From: Spirochaetia bacterium
Lineage (GTDB): Bacteria > Spirochaetota > Spirochaetia > SZUA-6 > Bin103
Length of the DNA stretch: 64,000 nucleotides
Direction of reading: 5' to 3'
Assembly: GCA_965203055.1 (NCBI GenBank)
Contig: OZ241863.1
Span: 73,313 to 137,312, forward strand
Shown: piece after piece, positions 1 to 11,197 of the stretch
Layout: each line of letters opens with the position of its first letter
Numbering within the stretch: position 1 is the stretch's first letter
Notes under the pieces: model-generated
Database searches by the model: none
What the model saw: only the letters and a program-made list of their open reading frames with translations
Told to the model about the DNA's origin: nothing
Made by a program: the position numbers and the translations under genes

Positions 1-637
1 AACGTTCGTGGAGCGCGACCTGCCGCAGTTCGGCGCCAATCTCCCATCCCGCACCGTCACGCGTCTCCTGGTGATGCTGGCCCACTACCACGGCCAGCTC
101 ATGAACGTTGGCGAAATCGCCTCGGCGCTGCAGATCGGTCAGGCGACGGTGCGGCGCTACCTGGACCTGTTCGAGCAGCTCTTCATGATCCGGCAGTTGC
201 GCCCGTGGCACGAGAACCTGGGCAAGCGGCAGGTGAAGCGCCCCAAGCTCTACCTCCGAGACTCCGGCCTCTACCATCACCTGATCGGCGTCGCGACGCA
301 GGACGAGCTCCACACCCATCCGCGCATCGGAGCGTCATGGGAGGGGCTCATGCTCGAGAAGATCCTCTTCGAGGCGGCGCCGGAACAAGCGTACTTCTGG
401 GCAACGCATAACGGCGCCGAACTCGATCTGTTGTTGCTGGCGCGCGGCAAGCGGGTGGGCGTGGAGATCAAGCTGGTCGATGCGCCGCGGCGCACGCGGT
501 CCATGGTTTCGGCGCTAAGCGACTTGTCGCTGGACGCGCTCTTCGTGGTATATCCCGGCCGCACGCGGTACGCGCTCGATGACCGCATCACCGCGCTGCC
601 GGCGCACGAACCGTTCCCGGCGGTCCCGGCACCCTGA
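1..637 (+). CDS. DUF4143-domain ATPase, C-terminal part (5' end outside window)
   Basis: ORF 8..637 carries the C-terminal DUF4143-type region typical of AAA_14/DUF4143 ATPases. The N-terminal P-loop part is missing, so the gene starts upstream of the window. Confidence 0.55.
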   Translation, partial: TFVERDLPQFGANLPSRTVTRLLVMLAHYHGQLMNVGEIASALQIGQATVRRYLDLFEQLFMIRQLRPWHENLGKRQVKRPKLYLRDSGLYHHLIGVATQDELHTHPRIGASWEGLMLEKILFEAAPEQAYFWATHNGAELDLLLLARGKRVGVEIKLVDAPRRTRSMVSALSDLSLDALFVVYPGRTRYALDDRITALPAHEPFPAVPAP

Positions 638-685
638 CGTAGACGGCAGCGAAGCGGAGGGATACGGTGAAGAACGTGAGGGCAA

Positions 686-1069
686 ATGGCTGTCGATAGC
701 GCCGCCGCGGCTCGTTGGGTCGCCGCCCGGCAGGCCCGGCGGCGCGCTGCGCTACGCCGCCGGCTGCAGTCGGCGCAACGGGACGCGGCCCGCATCATCG
801 CCATGATCGCCGCGCACTACCGGCCGCGGCGCATCTACCAGTGGGGATCGCTGGTCCATACCGAGCGGTTCGCCGAGATCTCGGACATCGACATAGCGGT
901 CGAAGGGATGAACTGCGACGAGCGCCTCCTCGCGGCGATCCGGTCGCGGGCGGAAGAGATGACCGACCTGCACGTCGATCTGGTCGTGATGGAGCGTCTC
1001 GACCCGGGGCGGGCAGACCTCATTCGCCGCTTCGGCGCGGTCGCATGGCCGGCCGGCGAGCATGCCTGA
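686..1069 (+). CDS. Minimal nucleotidyltransferase (MntA-like antitoxin)
   Basis: 127 aa with GS...DIDIAV (G[SG]x9-13 DxD Pol-beta NTase motif). Overlaps the next gene by 8 nt. Confidence 0.65.
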   Translation: MAVDSAAAARWVAARQARRRAALRRRLQSAQRDAARIIAMIAAHYRPRRIYQWGSLVHTERFAEISDIDIAVEGMNCDERLLAAIRSRAEEMTDLHVDLVVMERLDPGRADLIRRFGAVAWPAGEHA

Positions 1070-1553
1070 ACGCGGCCTCGATGAGCTGATCGCCGAGCTC
1101 GCGCAGGCCCGGCAGCGCCTGCAGGCGGTCTACGCCAAGCTCGGCAACGCGCGGGAGACCGCGCTGCCGCGCCTCGGGCGCACCGATGACAGCGCGCTGA
1201 TCGTGGCCGGCTACCTGGAAACCTACTACACCGTCCTGGAGACCTTCTTCGTCCGCGTATCCGGTTACTTCGAAAACAATCTGCCGCCGGCGCGTTGGCA
1301 CACCGCTCTGTTGGAGAACATGACCCTCGAAATCGAAGGGCTGCGCGCCCGCGTCGTCGGCGATCTCAATCTGGTTCGCCTGCGCGAGCTGCTCCGATTT
1401 CGCCACTTCCGCCGCTACTACGTGGAGATGGAATACGACTGGGCGCGCATCGACTTCCTGCTCGCGACTCTGGACGCCGCCCACCCGACCGTGCTGCGCG
1501 AGCTCGACGCGTTCGACGCGTTTCTCCGTGAGGTCCGCGGCCGCACCGCTTAG
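1062..1553 (+). CDS. HEPN-domain protein (HepT-like toxin partner)
   Basis: 163 aa with an Rx4-6H motif (LRELLRFRHF), directly downstream of and overlapping the NTase gene. This is the classic MNT-HEPN arrangement. Confidence 0.6.
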   Translation: MPERGLDELIAELAQARQRLQAVYAKLGNARETALPRLGRTDDSALIVAGYLETYYTVLETFFVRVSGYFENNLPPARWHTALLENMTLEIEGLRARVVGDLNLVRLRELLRFRHFRRYYVEMEYDWARIDFLLATLDAAHPTVLRELDAFDAFLREVRGRTA

Positions 1554-1611
1554 TTGGTTTGTTTGCGCCTTCGTTTGACACGCGGCCGATGCGCGGCGAC
1601 ACTGCTGCGCC

Positions 1612-3693
1612 ATGACGCCGCTGGGGCAGCGCGTCGAACGCGCCGGCGGCGGGCTGATCCACACCCGCGAGCCGTGGAACGTCAGCGCCTTCGCCGCGCC
1701 GCAGGTCGAACTCCTCTCCATCGTGCCGTGGGGACCGGACGCCTTGCGGGTCCGGGTGACCGTCGGGCCGCGCATCCTCGACACCGCCTGGGCGCTGACC
1801 GAGCCGGTAGCCGGCAACGCGGCCGCGGTCACGGTCGGCGCCGCCGAAGCGACCGTGCGCAACGGCCGGATCTCGGCGCGGCTGACCGACCGGGCTGCCG
1901 GGCGCGCGGACGCGCGCCTGGAGTTCTTCCGCCATCCCGGCGGCGGCGCCGAGGCCGTTCCGATTCTGGCCGAGCATGACTACGTGGTCGGGTGCCACGA
2001 TCCGGGCAGCCGCATCTTCCAGCCGCGCAGCGCCGCGGGCGAAGCGGGGCTGTACTACGCCGAGCATCACTTCGCGGCGCGCGCCGGGGAGCGGCTGTAC
2101 GGCATGGGGCTCAACGCTACCGGCGGGGTCGACCTGAAGGGGTGCGTCATCGACCTGTACCAGCGCCACTGCAAGCACGTCGTGCCGTTCGTGGTATCGA
2201 GCGAGGGCTACGGCCTGCTGTGGAACAACCCGTCGCTGGGGCGGGTCGAGTTCGGCAACAACATGACCCGCTGGGTGTCGCGCGGCTGCCGCCAGCTCGA
2301 CTACTACGTCACCGCCGGTGACAGCTACGCCGACATCCTGGGCAACTACGCCGGGGTGACCGGCCACGCGCCGCTGCTCCCGGAGTGGGCGGCCGGCTTC
2401 TGGCAATGCAAGCTGCGCTATCGGACCCAGGAGGAGTTCCTCGCCGCGGCGCGGGAATTCAAGCGCCGCGGCCTGCCGGTAGCGGTGCTGGTGATCGACT
2501 TCCGGCACTGGCGCCACTGGGGCGACTGGAAGCTCGACCCGGAGTTCTGGCCCGACCCGGCGGCCATGGTGCGCGAGCTCGACGACCTGGGCGCGCGAAT
2601 CATGATCTCCCCCTGGGTGATGATGGAAGAAAACAGCGAAAACTTCGCCGAGTTCCACCGCCGGGGCATCTACGTGCGCGGGCCTGACGGTGCGGAAACG
2701 TGGTGGCCGGGCGATCCGCCGGGAACGACGGCGACACATCCGGCCGACCGGCCGCGCGCGCGCACGCTGCAGTACGATCCGACGCACCCCGACGCCGGAC
2801 CCTTTCTGTGGGAGCGTTGGAAGCGCAACTACGTGGACCTGGGCATCAAGACGTTCTGGCTGGACCCGTGCGACGACGTCAGCCGGATGGCCGACTACGA
2901 CAAGGTGCGCTATCATGTCGGCCCCGGCATCGAGGCCAACTGCTTCTATCCGGTGGCGCATCAGAAGAACGTGTACGACGGCCTGCGCGCGGCCGGCGAG
3001 CACGAGGTGGTCACCATCTGCCGCAGCTCCTGGGCCGGTTCGCAGCGTTACGGCGCCGCGCCGGCGGCGCATGACATCCAGTCATCGTTCGCCCATCTGC
3101 GCGAGTACCTGATGGCGGGGCTGAACCTGGCCATGGCGGGGATTCCGTGGGGCGCGGCGGAAATCGGCGGCTTCGTGACGCCGCAGGCGCAGGACGACGA
3201 ATTCCGCGAGCTGGTGGTGCGCTGGTACCAGTACGGCGTGTTCACGCCGATCTTCCGCACCCACGGCCACCGCGCCAACAACGAGCCGTGGAGCATCGGC
3301 GGCGGCACCTACCGCCACATCCGCGCCGCCATCATGCTGCGCGAACGGCTCCGCCCCTACGTCATGGCGCAAATGAAGGTCGCCGCCGAGCGCGGCATCC
3401 CGCCGATGCGGCCGCTGTTCTTCGACTTCCAGGACGACGCCCGCGCCGCGCGCGTCGAGGATCAATTCCTGTTCGGGCCGGACCTGCTGGTGGCGCCGAT
3501 CGTCGAGTACCGGGCGCGGCAACGCCGGGTCTACCTGCCGGCGGGAGCCGAGTGGATCGACGCCGCCGGCGGCGGACGGTACGAAGGCGGCGTCACCATC
3601 GACGCGCCGGCGCCGCTCGAGCGCATCCCGGTCTTCGTGCGCGCGCCGAACCGGGAACTCGCCGACCAGTTTCAGGGCCTGAACGACCTATGA
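1612..3693 (+). CDS. Glycoside hydrolase family 31 (alpha-glucosidase/alpha-xylosidase-like)
   Basis: 693 aa. GH31-type catalytic-region motifs KTFWLDPCD and RSSWAGSQRYGAAP. The long ORF is uninterrupted. Confidence 0.6.
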   Translation: MTPLGQRVERAGGGLIHTREPWNVSAFAAPQVELLSIVPWGPDALRVRVTVGPRILDTAWALTEPVAGNAAAVTVGAAEATVRNGRISARLTDRAAGRADARLEFFRHPGGGAEAVPILAEHDYVVGCHDPGSRIFQPRSAAGEAGLYYAEHHFAARAGERLYGMGLNATGGVDLKGCVIDLYQRHCKHVVPFVVSSEGYGLLWNNPSLGRVEFGNNMTRWVSRGCRQLDYYVTAGDSYADILGNYAGVTGHAPLLPEWAAGFWQCKLRYRTQEEFLAAAREFKRRGLPVAVLVIDFRHWRHWGDWKLDPEFWPDPAAMVRELDDLGARIMISPWVMMEENSENFAEFHRRGIYVRGPDGAETWWPGDPPGTTATHPADRPRARTLQYDPTHPDAGPFLWERWKRNYVDLGIKTFWLDPCDDVSRMADYDKVRYHVGPGIEANCFYPVAHQKNVYDGLRAAGEHEVVTICRSSWAGSQRYGAAPAAHDIQSSFAHLREYLMAGLNLAMAGIPWGAAEIGGFVTPQAQDDEFRELVVRWYQYGVFTPIFRTHGHRANNEPWSIGGGTYRHIRAAIMLRERLRPYVMAQMKVAAERGIPPMRPLFFDFQDDARAARVEDQFLFGPDLLVAPIVEYRARQRRVYLPAGAEWIDAAGGGRYEGGVTIDAPAPLERIPVFVRAPNRELADQFQGLNDL

Positions 3694-3908
3694 CGCGCGC
3701 TGAGCCGGCTCTGTGGGCGGAATTCGATGCCGCGGCGCGCCGCCCGCTTGCCGTACGGTGGCGTTACTCCTTCATCCGAACCTACAAGCCGATGTTGGAC
3801 GATGAGAACTACCGCTCCTTCGATTCCATGGAGGAATATCGCCAGTGGTGCGAGCGAGAGCTGCCCGACTGGCTAGGCTATGGCCGCGTTCGAGTACCGG
3901 CAAGCTGA
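3690..3908 (+). CDS. Small hypothetical protein (72 aa), possible partner of the downstream NTase
   Basis: ATGA overlap with the GH31 stop. Translates to MTRAEPALWAEFDAAARRPLAVRWRYSFIRTYKPMLDDENYRSFDSMEEYRQWCERELPDWLGYGRVRVPAS. Overlaps the next gene by 29 nt. Confidence 0.35.
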   Translation: MTRAEPALWAEFDAAARRPLAVRWRYSFIRTYKPMLDDENYRSFDSMEEYRQWCERELPDWLGYGRVRVPAS

Positions 3909-4356
3909 GGAGATACGGGACGCCCTGGAACGCCATGGCGTCCGCTACCTCTTCATAGGCAAGTCGGGCGCAATCCTTCTCGGATACCCCGACACGACTC
4001 AAGATGCCGATCTGTTCGTCGAGAAGGCCGCCGCCAACAGCCAGGCCCTGGTAACGGCTCTGCGAGAACTCGGGTTCGCGTTGACCGGCCGCCAAGCCGC
4101 GGAGATCGTCCGCGGTAAGGACTTCGTCCAACTCAAGAACGGTCCGTTCGATTTGGATCTCGTGTTCGCGCCCGACGGCATCGAGAGCTTCCAGGATGCG
4201 TTCCGGCGGCGCGTCGACGTCGAGGGGTTTCCGGTCTGCTCGCTGGACGACATCATCGCCAGCAAGGAAGCATCGAACCGGGCAAAGGATCGCGAGACGC
4301 TGCCGCGCCTTCGATCATTCCGCGACTACCGGAGTGCCCGCTCGCGCGGAGGATAG
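3880..4356 (+). CDS. Putative minimal nucleotidyltransferase (Pol-beta superfamily)
   Basis: 158 aa with FIGKSGAILLGYPDTTQDADLFV, fitting the GS-x(n)-DxD NTase signature. Confidence 0.4.
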   Translation: MAAFEYRQAEEIRDALERHGVRYLFIGKSGAILLGYPDTTQDADLFVEKAAANSQALVTALRELGFALTGRQAAEIVRGKDFVQLKNGPFDLDLVFAPDGIESFQDAFRRRVDVEGFPVCSLDDIIASKEASNRAKDRETLPRLRSFRDYRSARSRGG

Positions 4357-4376
4357 TTGCGCCGGCTTGACCGCGG

Positions 4377-5130
4377 TCAGGCCCAGCCGCGCAGGCGGTA
4401 GACCAGGAGACCGAGATATTCGCGGCACACCCGCGAGCTGCGCTGGAGGGCGGTCGCGAGGGGGAGCAGACTGGGGAGCCTGGTAGTGGCCCGCAGCCGG
4501 GCATAGTCGGCCGGAGCGGGGACGACCTCGAATCCGACCCGCCTGAAGGCGGCCTCGGCGCGCGCCATGTGCCAGGCCGAAGTGACCAGCAGCACCTGCT
4601 CGATGCCGTTCGCGGCGGCGATGGGCGCGGTGTAGGCGGCGTTTTCGCGCGTGCTGCGGCTGTTCGCTTCGAGGATGACGTCCGCGTCCGGCACGCCGAG
4701 GGCGGCGAGCAGGAGGCGGGTGGCGGACGCGGGCGATTGCCCGTGCGGAGCGCCCCGCGTGCTGCCGGCCGAAACGACGATAAACGGCGCCTTGCCGGCG
4801 TGATACAACCGCGCCGCGTGCCACACCCGATCGGCGGCGTCGTTCAACTCGGGATAGCCCCATGCCTCCGCCGCCGGGTCGAAGGAGCCGCCGAGCAGGA
4901 CGATCGCGTCCGCCGCCGGAAACAATTCCACGGGCCGCGGCCGGTACGCCGCGGACACCTGGTCGAGGAGCGCGTCGGAGGTGATCGGCATCGACCAGCC
5001 CCACAGCCACGCGACGCTGAACGCCATGAGGCAGGCGGCGCGGCCGCGCCAGCCGAGCGCGAGCGCCAACAGGGCAAGCAATCCGCATGCCACCGCCACC
5101 CCGAGCGGACTGGCCGCCTGGCCGAGAATC

Positions 5131-5147
<17 letters not shown>
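4377..5147 (-). CDS. YdcF/DUF218 (ElyC/SanA-like) family protein
   Basis: 256 aa. N-terminal transmembrane segment followed by DUF218-type core (IVLLGG..., VTSAWHMARA). Confidence 0.6.
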
Positions 5148-5936
<789 letters not shown>

Positions 5937-5943
<7 letters not shown>

Positions 5944-6971
5944 CCGGGGCGGGCGCTCGCCTTGACGCCGGGCAGAACGCAGCGGTGAAGGAGGGGAGCA
6001 GGGCCGGGAGGGGCGGCGCCGCGCTCCTGCGCCAGCGGCGGCACCGCTTGCGTGCAGCGCGCTTCCGCCTGCGCGCAGCGCGGCGCAAACGGGCAGCCCG
6101 GCTCCGGGCGCAGCGGATCCGGCACCGCGCCCGGAATCGCGCGCAGCGGCTGCTCGGTATAGTGCGCGCCCAACTCCAGGTGGGCGTCCAGCAGCGCCCG
6201 CAGGTAAGGGTGGCGCGGTTCCGCCAACAGCGCCGCGGCCGGGCCCTGCTCCATCACCAGGCCGCCGTACATCACCACGATGCGGTCCGCGAGCTGACCG
6301 ATCAGGGCAAGATCGTGGCTGATGAACAGAATCGCCAACCGGCGCGCGGCCCGCAGCCGCCGCAGCAGCTCCACCACCTGCGCCTGCACCGTAACGTCCA
6401 GCGCGGTGGTGGGCTCATCGGCGATCAGCACCTCCGGATCTCCCGCCAGCGCATGGGCGATCAGCACCCGCTGCAGCATGCCGCCGGAGAACTGGTGGGG
6501 AAAGCTGGCCAGGCGCCGCGCCGCCTCCGGGATGCCCACCTCTTCCAGCAGCGCCACGCAGCGCGCGCGCCGCGCCGCGCGCTCCAGCTCGGGGTGATGC
6601 GCGCGCAAGGTCTCGTTCAGCGAGCGCTCGATGGAGTAGATCGGATCGAAGGAGAGCGCCGGCTCCTGGAACACGATCCCCACCTGGCCGCCGCGCAGGC
6701 GCCGCAACGCCGCGCTGCGCATGGTCACCAAGTCCTCGCCGCGAAAGCGCAGCCGCCGCGCCGTGATCCGGGCATGCGGCGGCAGCAGCCGCAGCAGCGC
6801 CAGCGCGGTGACGCTCTTGCCCGAGCCGCTCTCGCCGACCAGTCCCACCACCTCCCCGGCGTGGAGCTCCAGATCGACGCCGCGCACCGCCTGCAGCAGC
6901 CCGCGGTCGGTGGCGAAGCTCACCGTCAGTTGCGCCGCCTGGTACAGCGGCCGGGCGCCGCGCTCAGCCAC
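5937..6971 (-). CDS. Oligopeptide/dipeptide ABC transporter ATP-binding protein (OppD/DppD-like)
   Basis: GESGSGKS, FSGGMLQRV, LIADEPTTALD, ILFISHDLAL. C-terminal Cys-containing tail typical of OppD. Confidence 0.85.
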
Positions 6972-8109
6972 GCACCGGCTCCCGGCGATGCGGGTCGAGC
7001 ACGTCGCGCAGCAGGTCCCCGAGGAAGCTGAACGCCAACGTCACCAGCAGCAGCGCCAGGCCGGGATAGAGGAACCACGGAAAGCTGCGCAGATTGCTCA
7101 GCGAGATCACGTCCCGCCGCAGCATCGAGCCCCAGCTCACCGCCGGGTCCGCGATTCCCAGGCCGAGGAAGGAAAGCGCGGTCTCCGCCAGGATGAAGCC
7201 CGGAATGCCCAGCGCGGCGTTGACGATCAGGATCGAGGCCATCTGCGGCACGATCTGGGTGAAGATGATCACCAGCGGCGGGATCCCCTGCAGTTGCGCG
7301 GCGGCGACGAAGTCCTCGGTCTTGATGCTGTGCACCATCCCCCGGATCAGCCGCGCGGTCCCGGGCCAGCCCACGACCGACAGAATGACGGTGATGAGGA
7401 AGAACGACCGGGCGGGGTCCCACTCGTAGGACAGGATGGAACGCAGGAACAGGATCATGTAGAGGCTGGGAATGAGGATGAAGAACTCGGCGACGCGCAT
7501 GATGGTCCAGTCGACGGCGCCGCCGTAGTAGCCGGCCAAGCCGCCCAGGATGATCGCCAGGGTCAGCGAGATCGCTATGGCAATGAAGCCGATCGTCAGC
7601 GAGATGCGCGAGCCGTACAGGATGCGCGACAGGATGTCGCGTCCCAGGTGGTCGGACCCCAACAGGAACACCGGGTAGGCTTGGCCGCCGCCGCGCCACG
7701 GGTCCGCGTCCGCCGCGGTCGCCGCGCCGGCGGCAGCGCCCTCCTCCGCGGCGCGGTACGGCGCCTCGGTCCCGAACAGATGCGCCCGCATCGGCACCAG
7801 CCCCCACAGCCGGTACTCCGGCCCCGGCGCCAGCAACCGCACCCGATAGTGCTGGCCGCGGATGCGCGCGTAGCGCCGCGTCACCTCGTCCACCAGCACC
7901 CGGCGCTGCACCTGCGGTCCGAATCCCAACTCGGCCGAGTAGAAGCTCAGGGAGGGTGGTTGGTGGGTATGGAAGCGGAACGCGGTGGTCGGGAGGTAGG
8001 GCGCCAGGAACTCCGCCAGCAGCATCGCGCCGTAGAGCAGCGCCAGCACCAGCGCCGAGGCGGCCGCCACCGGCCGCTGGCGCAGCCGGCGCCACAACGC
8101 GGCCCTCAC
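6964..8109 (-). CDS. ABC transporter permease (OppC/DppC-like)
   Basis: 381 aa multi-TM protein with the EAA-like region ALSFLGLG. Sits in the operon between the ATPases and the second permease. Confidence 0.8.
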   Translation of the reverse strand: MRAALWRRLRQRPVAAASALVLALLYGAMLLAEFLAPYLPTTAFRFHTHQPPSLSFYSAELGFGPQVQRRVLVDEVTRRYARIRGQHYRVRLLAPGPEYRLWGLVPMRAHLFGTEAPYRAAEEGAAAGAATAADADPWRGGGQAYPVFLLGSDHLGRDILSRILYGSRISLTIGFIAIAISLTLAIILGGLAGYYGGAVDWTIMRVAEFFILIPSLYMILFLRSILSYEWDPARSFFLITVILSVVGWPGTARLIRGMVHSIKTEDFVAAAQLQGIPPLVIIFTQIVPQMASILIVNAALGIPGFILAETALSFLGLGIADPAVSWGSMLRRDVISLSNLRSFPWFLYPGLALLLVTLAFSFLGDLLRDVLDPHRREPVRG

Positions 8110-8139
8110 CGGCGTCCGGCGGGCGGCTCTGCCTTGCTA

Positions 8140-9249
8140 TCAGTCATTGCCGCGCCGGGAATAGCGGATGCGGGGATCGACTACCGCCAGCAGCACGTCG
8201 GCAGCGATCATACCCAACAGGATCAGGACGCTGATGAACATGATGTTGGCCAGCACCAGGTTGATGTCCTCCTCCCGCACCGCCTCGTACATCAGCCGCC
8301 CGATGCCGGGATAGGCGAAGATGATCTCCATGATCAACGAGCCCGAAAACAGCCCCGCGAACAGATCGGCGCTGCTGGTGATATAGGGGTTGAGGGTGTT
8401 GCGGAAGGCGTGCACCACGTGCACGCGCCGCTCGTCGATGCCGCGCGCGCGCAGCGCGGTCACGTAGGGTTGGCCAAGCTGATCCAGCATGGTGGCGCGG
8501 ATGTAGCGCATGGTGGCGCCGACCCCGCCCAGGAACGCGCCGAGCAGCGGCAGCGCGACGTGGTGCAGGTAGCTGAAGGAGAAGCGCAGCGGCGCCTCCC
8601 GATACGGGAAGTCGGGATAGGCGGTGATCGGAAACCAGCCGCTGGCGGCGGCGAACAACTGCAGCAGGATCAGCAGCAGGATGCCGGGGAAGGCGTGCAG
8701 CAGCAGCGCAATGAAGGTCGCCTCCAGGTCTACCCGGGTACCCACCTTGGAGGAGAAGTAGAGGCCGGCGGCGAACGCCAACAGGGTCAGAAACAGCAGC
8801 GAGATCAGGTTCAGCACCAGCGAGTTGACCATCCGCGAGCGGATCAGGAACAGGATCGGCGCGCGAGAGATCAGCGACCGGCCCAGGTCGCGCTCCACCA
8901 CCACCTGGTAGAGCCAACGCCCGTACTGGGCGTAGAACGGCAGGTCGAGGCCGAGGCGCGCCTTGGCCGCGGCGATCTGTTCTTCGCTGTAGACGTTGTC
9001 CGCCTGGCGGTCGCCGGAAATCAGCATCTGGCTCTTGACGTAGTTGTCGACCATGTCGCTCGGCGCCAGCTTCATCAGGCCGAACACCGCCAGCCCAAGC
9101 ACCAGCAGCATGGCAACCAGCGACGCCAGCCGGGCCGCCAGAAAGTGCAGCAGCGGGAAGCGGCGGCCGCCCGCGCCGCGCCCTGCGCGCTCCGGCTCGT
9201 CGCGTCCCGGCGCGGCGGCGCCGTCACGTTGCCGCGCGGCCATCCTCAC
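8140..9249 (-). CDS. ABC transporter permease (OppB/DppB-like)
   Basis: 369 aa multi-TM protein in operon context. Confidence 0.8.
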   Translation of the reverse strand: MRMAARQRDGAAAPGRDEPERAGRGAGGRRFPLLHFLAARLASLVAMLLVLGLAVFGLMKLAPSDMVDNYVKSQMLISGDRQADNVYSEEQIAAAKARLGLDLPFYAQYGRWLYQVVVERDLGRSLISRAPILFLIRSRMVNSLVLNLISLLFLTLLAFAAGLYFSSKVGTRVDLEATFIALLLHAFPGILLLILLQLFAAASGWFPITAYPDFPYREAPLRFSFSYLHHVALPLLGAFLGGVGATMRYIRATMLDQLGQPYVTALRARGIDERRVHVVHAFRNTLNPYITSSADLFAGLFSGSLIMEIIFAYPGIGRLMYEAVREEDINLVLANIMFISVLILLGMIAADVLLAVVDPRIRYSRRGND

Positions 9250-9276
9250 CGGCGCCGCGCCGCGGCGGCGCCGGCG

Positions 9277-11172
9277 TCACTCGGCGGCGCGCAGGTAGAG
9301 GTAGTCGGAGTCGAGTCCGCCAAGGGTGTCATAGAACACGTTGCCCCACTTGTCGCGCACCGCCAGGAACGCCAGCGGGTGGACCAGGTAGGTCAATGGC
9401 GCCTGGTCGAGGAGCAGGCGCTGGTACTCGTCGTAGATCGCCTTCGCGCGCTCCCGGTCGATGGTGAAGCGCCCCTCATTGTAGAGATGGTCGACGCGCG
9501 CCTCCCACTCGGTGGCCGGTTCTTCCTGTAGCGGATGCCACAGGTGGAAGTTGCCCTTCGACTGCCACACGTTGCTGCCCCCCTCCGGCCAGTAGTTGGC
9601 GCCCAGGGAGGCGGTCGCCACGTGCCAGTCGTAGGTGCTGGTCAGCATTTCCACCAGCTTCTGGAAATCTATCGGGCGCACGTTGCCGGTGATACCGGCC
9701 GCCTTCAGCTCATCGGCGAAGATGGTCATCACGTCGATGCCGACGTTGTTCTCGGCGCCGACGTGGATGTTGAACTCGACGTGGTTGCCGGCGGCGTCCT
9801 CCATCAGACCCTCCGCGTTGGGGCGGATGCCGATCTCCGCCAGCAGCGCGCGCGCCCGCTCCGGGTCATAGGAGAACTCCTGCCGAATCGACTCGTCGAA
9901 GTAGGGATTGGCGCGGGCGAAGAAGTGCAGCGCCGGCTCGGCCAGGCCGCGGTACACCTGGCTGGCGATGCGGTCGCGGTCCAGCAGCGAGCTCATCGCC
10001 TGGCGGAACCTGGTCTGGCTGAACCAGCTATGGACCAGCTCGTCCATGGTGTCGGGGTTCTGGTTGAAGGCGACGAAGGCGGCCCCCAGGGAGGCGCCGC
10101 CCTGGTATACCGTGAAGTCGGGATCCTCGACGTTCAGCAGATCATCCAGGTCTTCGGGCCGCAGCGAGTAGGCGTCCTTGTTGCCCTCCTTGAACTTCAG
10201 CAGCTCGGTGTTCCGGTCGGGCACGATCTGGTAGATGACGCGCTCCAGGTAGGGCAGCGTGACGCCGGCGGCGTCCTTCTTCCAGTAGTCGGGGTTGCGT
10301 ACCACGACCACGCGCACGCCCGGCTCGTACTCGGCGATGTGGTAGGGGCCGACGGAGGGGATGGTCGCCGGGTCGGTGTCGATGCTGAACAGGTTGAGCA
10401 CCGCTTCGGCGCCGCCCTCCCGCTTGGCCGGCTCGTAGAGGTGGCGCGGGCCGAAGTCCATGTTGGTGGAGAGGATCGGATTGGCGACGATGCGCGGGAA
10501 GTGGAACGCCACCGTGCGCTCGTCGATCCTGGTCGCCTCGACGCGCGCCTCCGAGCCGTCCGGCAGCTCGATGAACTGGCCGGCGTAGCCCGGCTGCTGC
10601 AGCTCCTGGTCGCCCTCGATCTCCTCGTACCAGAAGATGACGTCGTCCGCGGTCACCGGGACGCGGGCGGCGGGATCGGCAAGGGTGGTCCAGTAGAGGT
10701 CATCGCGCAGGGTGTAGATCACCGTCAGGGAGTCGGCCTCCTCGTCGACCTCCACCTCGAAGCTGGCCAGATTGGGAACGAACTCGCGCCGGTAGGGATC
10801 GTAGTCGGCCAGATAGTCGAACAACACGTCCACCACGGCGCGGGTGTCTGCGTCGCGCGCGGTCATGGTGTTGAAGGTCTTGGGGTCATTGTTGATCGAG
10901 CTGAGCCAGGTACCGCCAACGGCGCCGAGCTCCCACTCCTGACCGCCGGGGCGGGACACGGTCTTGGCGAGGATCTCGGCGCGCGCCTGCTCGCGCTGCG
11001 ACGTCGCCTCGCCTTCCGACAGCTCCTCGTCCGCGACTCCCGCGGCGGCGGCGACGGCCGGCAGCAGGGCGCCGGCGGCGGCGGCGAACAGCGCCGCCCG
11101 GCAGGTCCGCAAGAAGGTCGCGGCGCGCCGGCCCTGGCGGCGGCAGCGTGGAAGAAGCATCATCATGCCCAC
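9277..11172 (-). CDS. ABC transporter substrate-binding protein, family 5 (peptide/nickel)
   Basis: 631 aa. N-terminal signal peptide with Ala-rich hydrophobic core. First gene of the minus-strand opp-like operon. Confidence 0.8.
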   Translation of the reverse strand: MGMMMLLPRCRRQGRRAATFLRTCRAALFAAAAGALLPAVAAAAGVADEELSEGEATSQREQARAEILAKTVSRPGGQEWELGAVGGTWLSSINNDPKTFNTMTARDADTRAVVDVLFDYLADYDPYRREFVPNLASFEVEVDEEADSLTVIYTLRDDLYWTTLADPAARVPVTADDVIFWYEEIEGDQELQQPGYAGQFIELPDGSEARVEATRIDERTVAFHFPRIVANPILSTNMDFGPRHLYEPAKREGGAEAVLNLFSIDTDPATIPSVGPYHIAEYEPGVRVVVVRNPDYWKKDAAGVTLPYLERVIYQIVPDRNTELLKFKEGNKDAYSLRPEDLDDLLNVEDPDFTVYQGGASLGAAFVAFNQNPDTMDELVHSWFSQTRFRQAMSSLLDRDRIASQVYRGLAEPALHFFARANPYFDESIRQEFSYDPERARALLAEIGIRPNAEGLMEDAAGNHVEFNIHVGAENNVGIDVMTIFADELKAAGITGNVRPIDFQKLVEMLTSTYDWHVATASLGANYWPEGGSNVWQSKGNFHLWHPLQEEPATEWEARVDHLYNEGRFTIDRERAKAIYDEYQRLLLDQAPLTYLVHPLAFLAVRDKWGNVFYDTLGGLDSDYLYLRAAE

Positions 11173-11197
11173 AGTGTACCGCAGATGGCGCTCGTAT

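Noticed and set aside
6721-9531. 936-aa ORF on the plus strand across the opp permease genes
   Set aside because: Antisense to well-supported ABC permease and ATPase genes. Low-complexity R/G/A/P/D-rich translation typical of GC-driven spurious ORFs.
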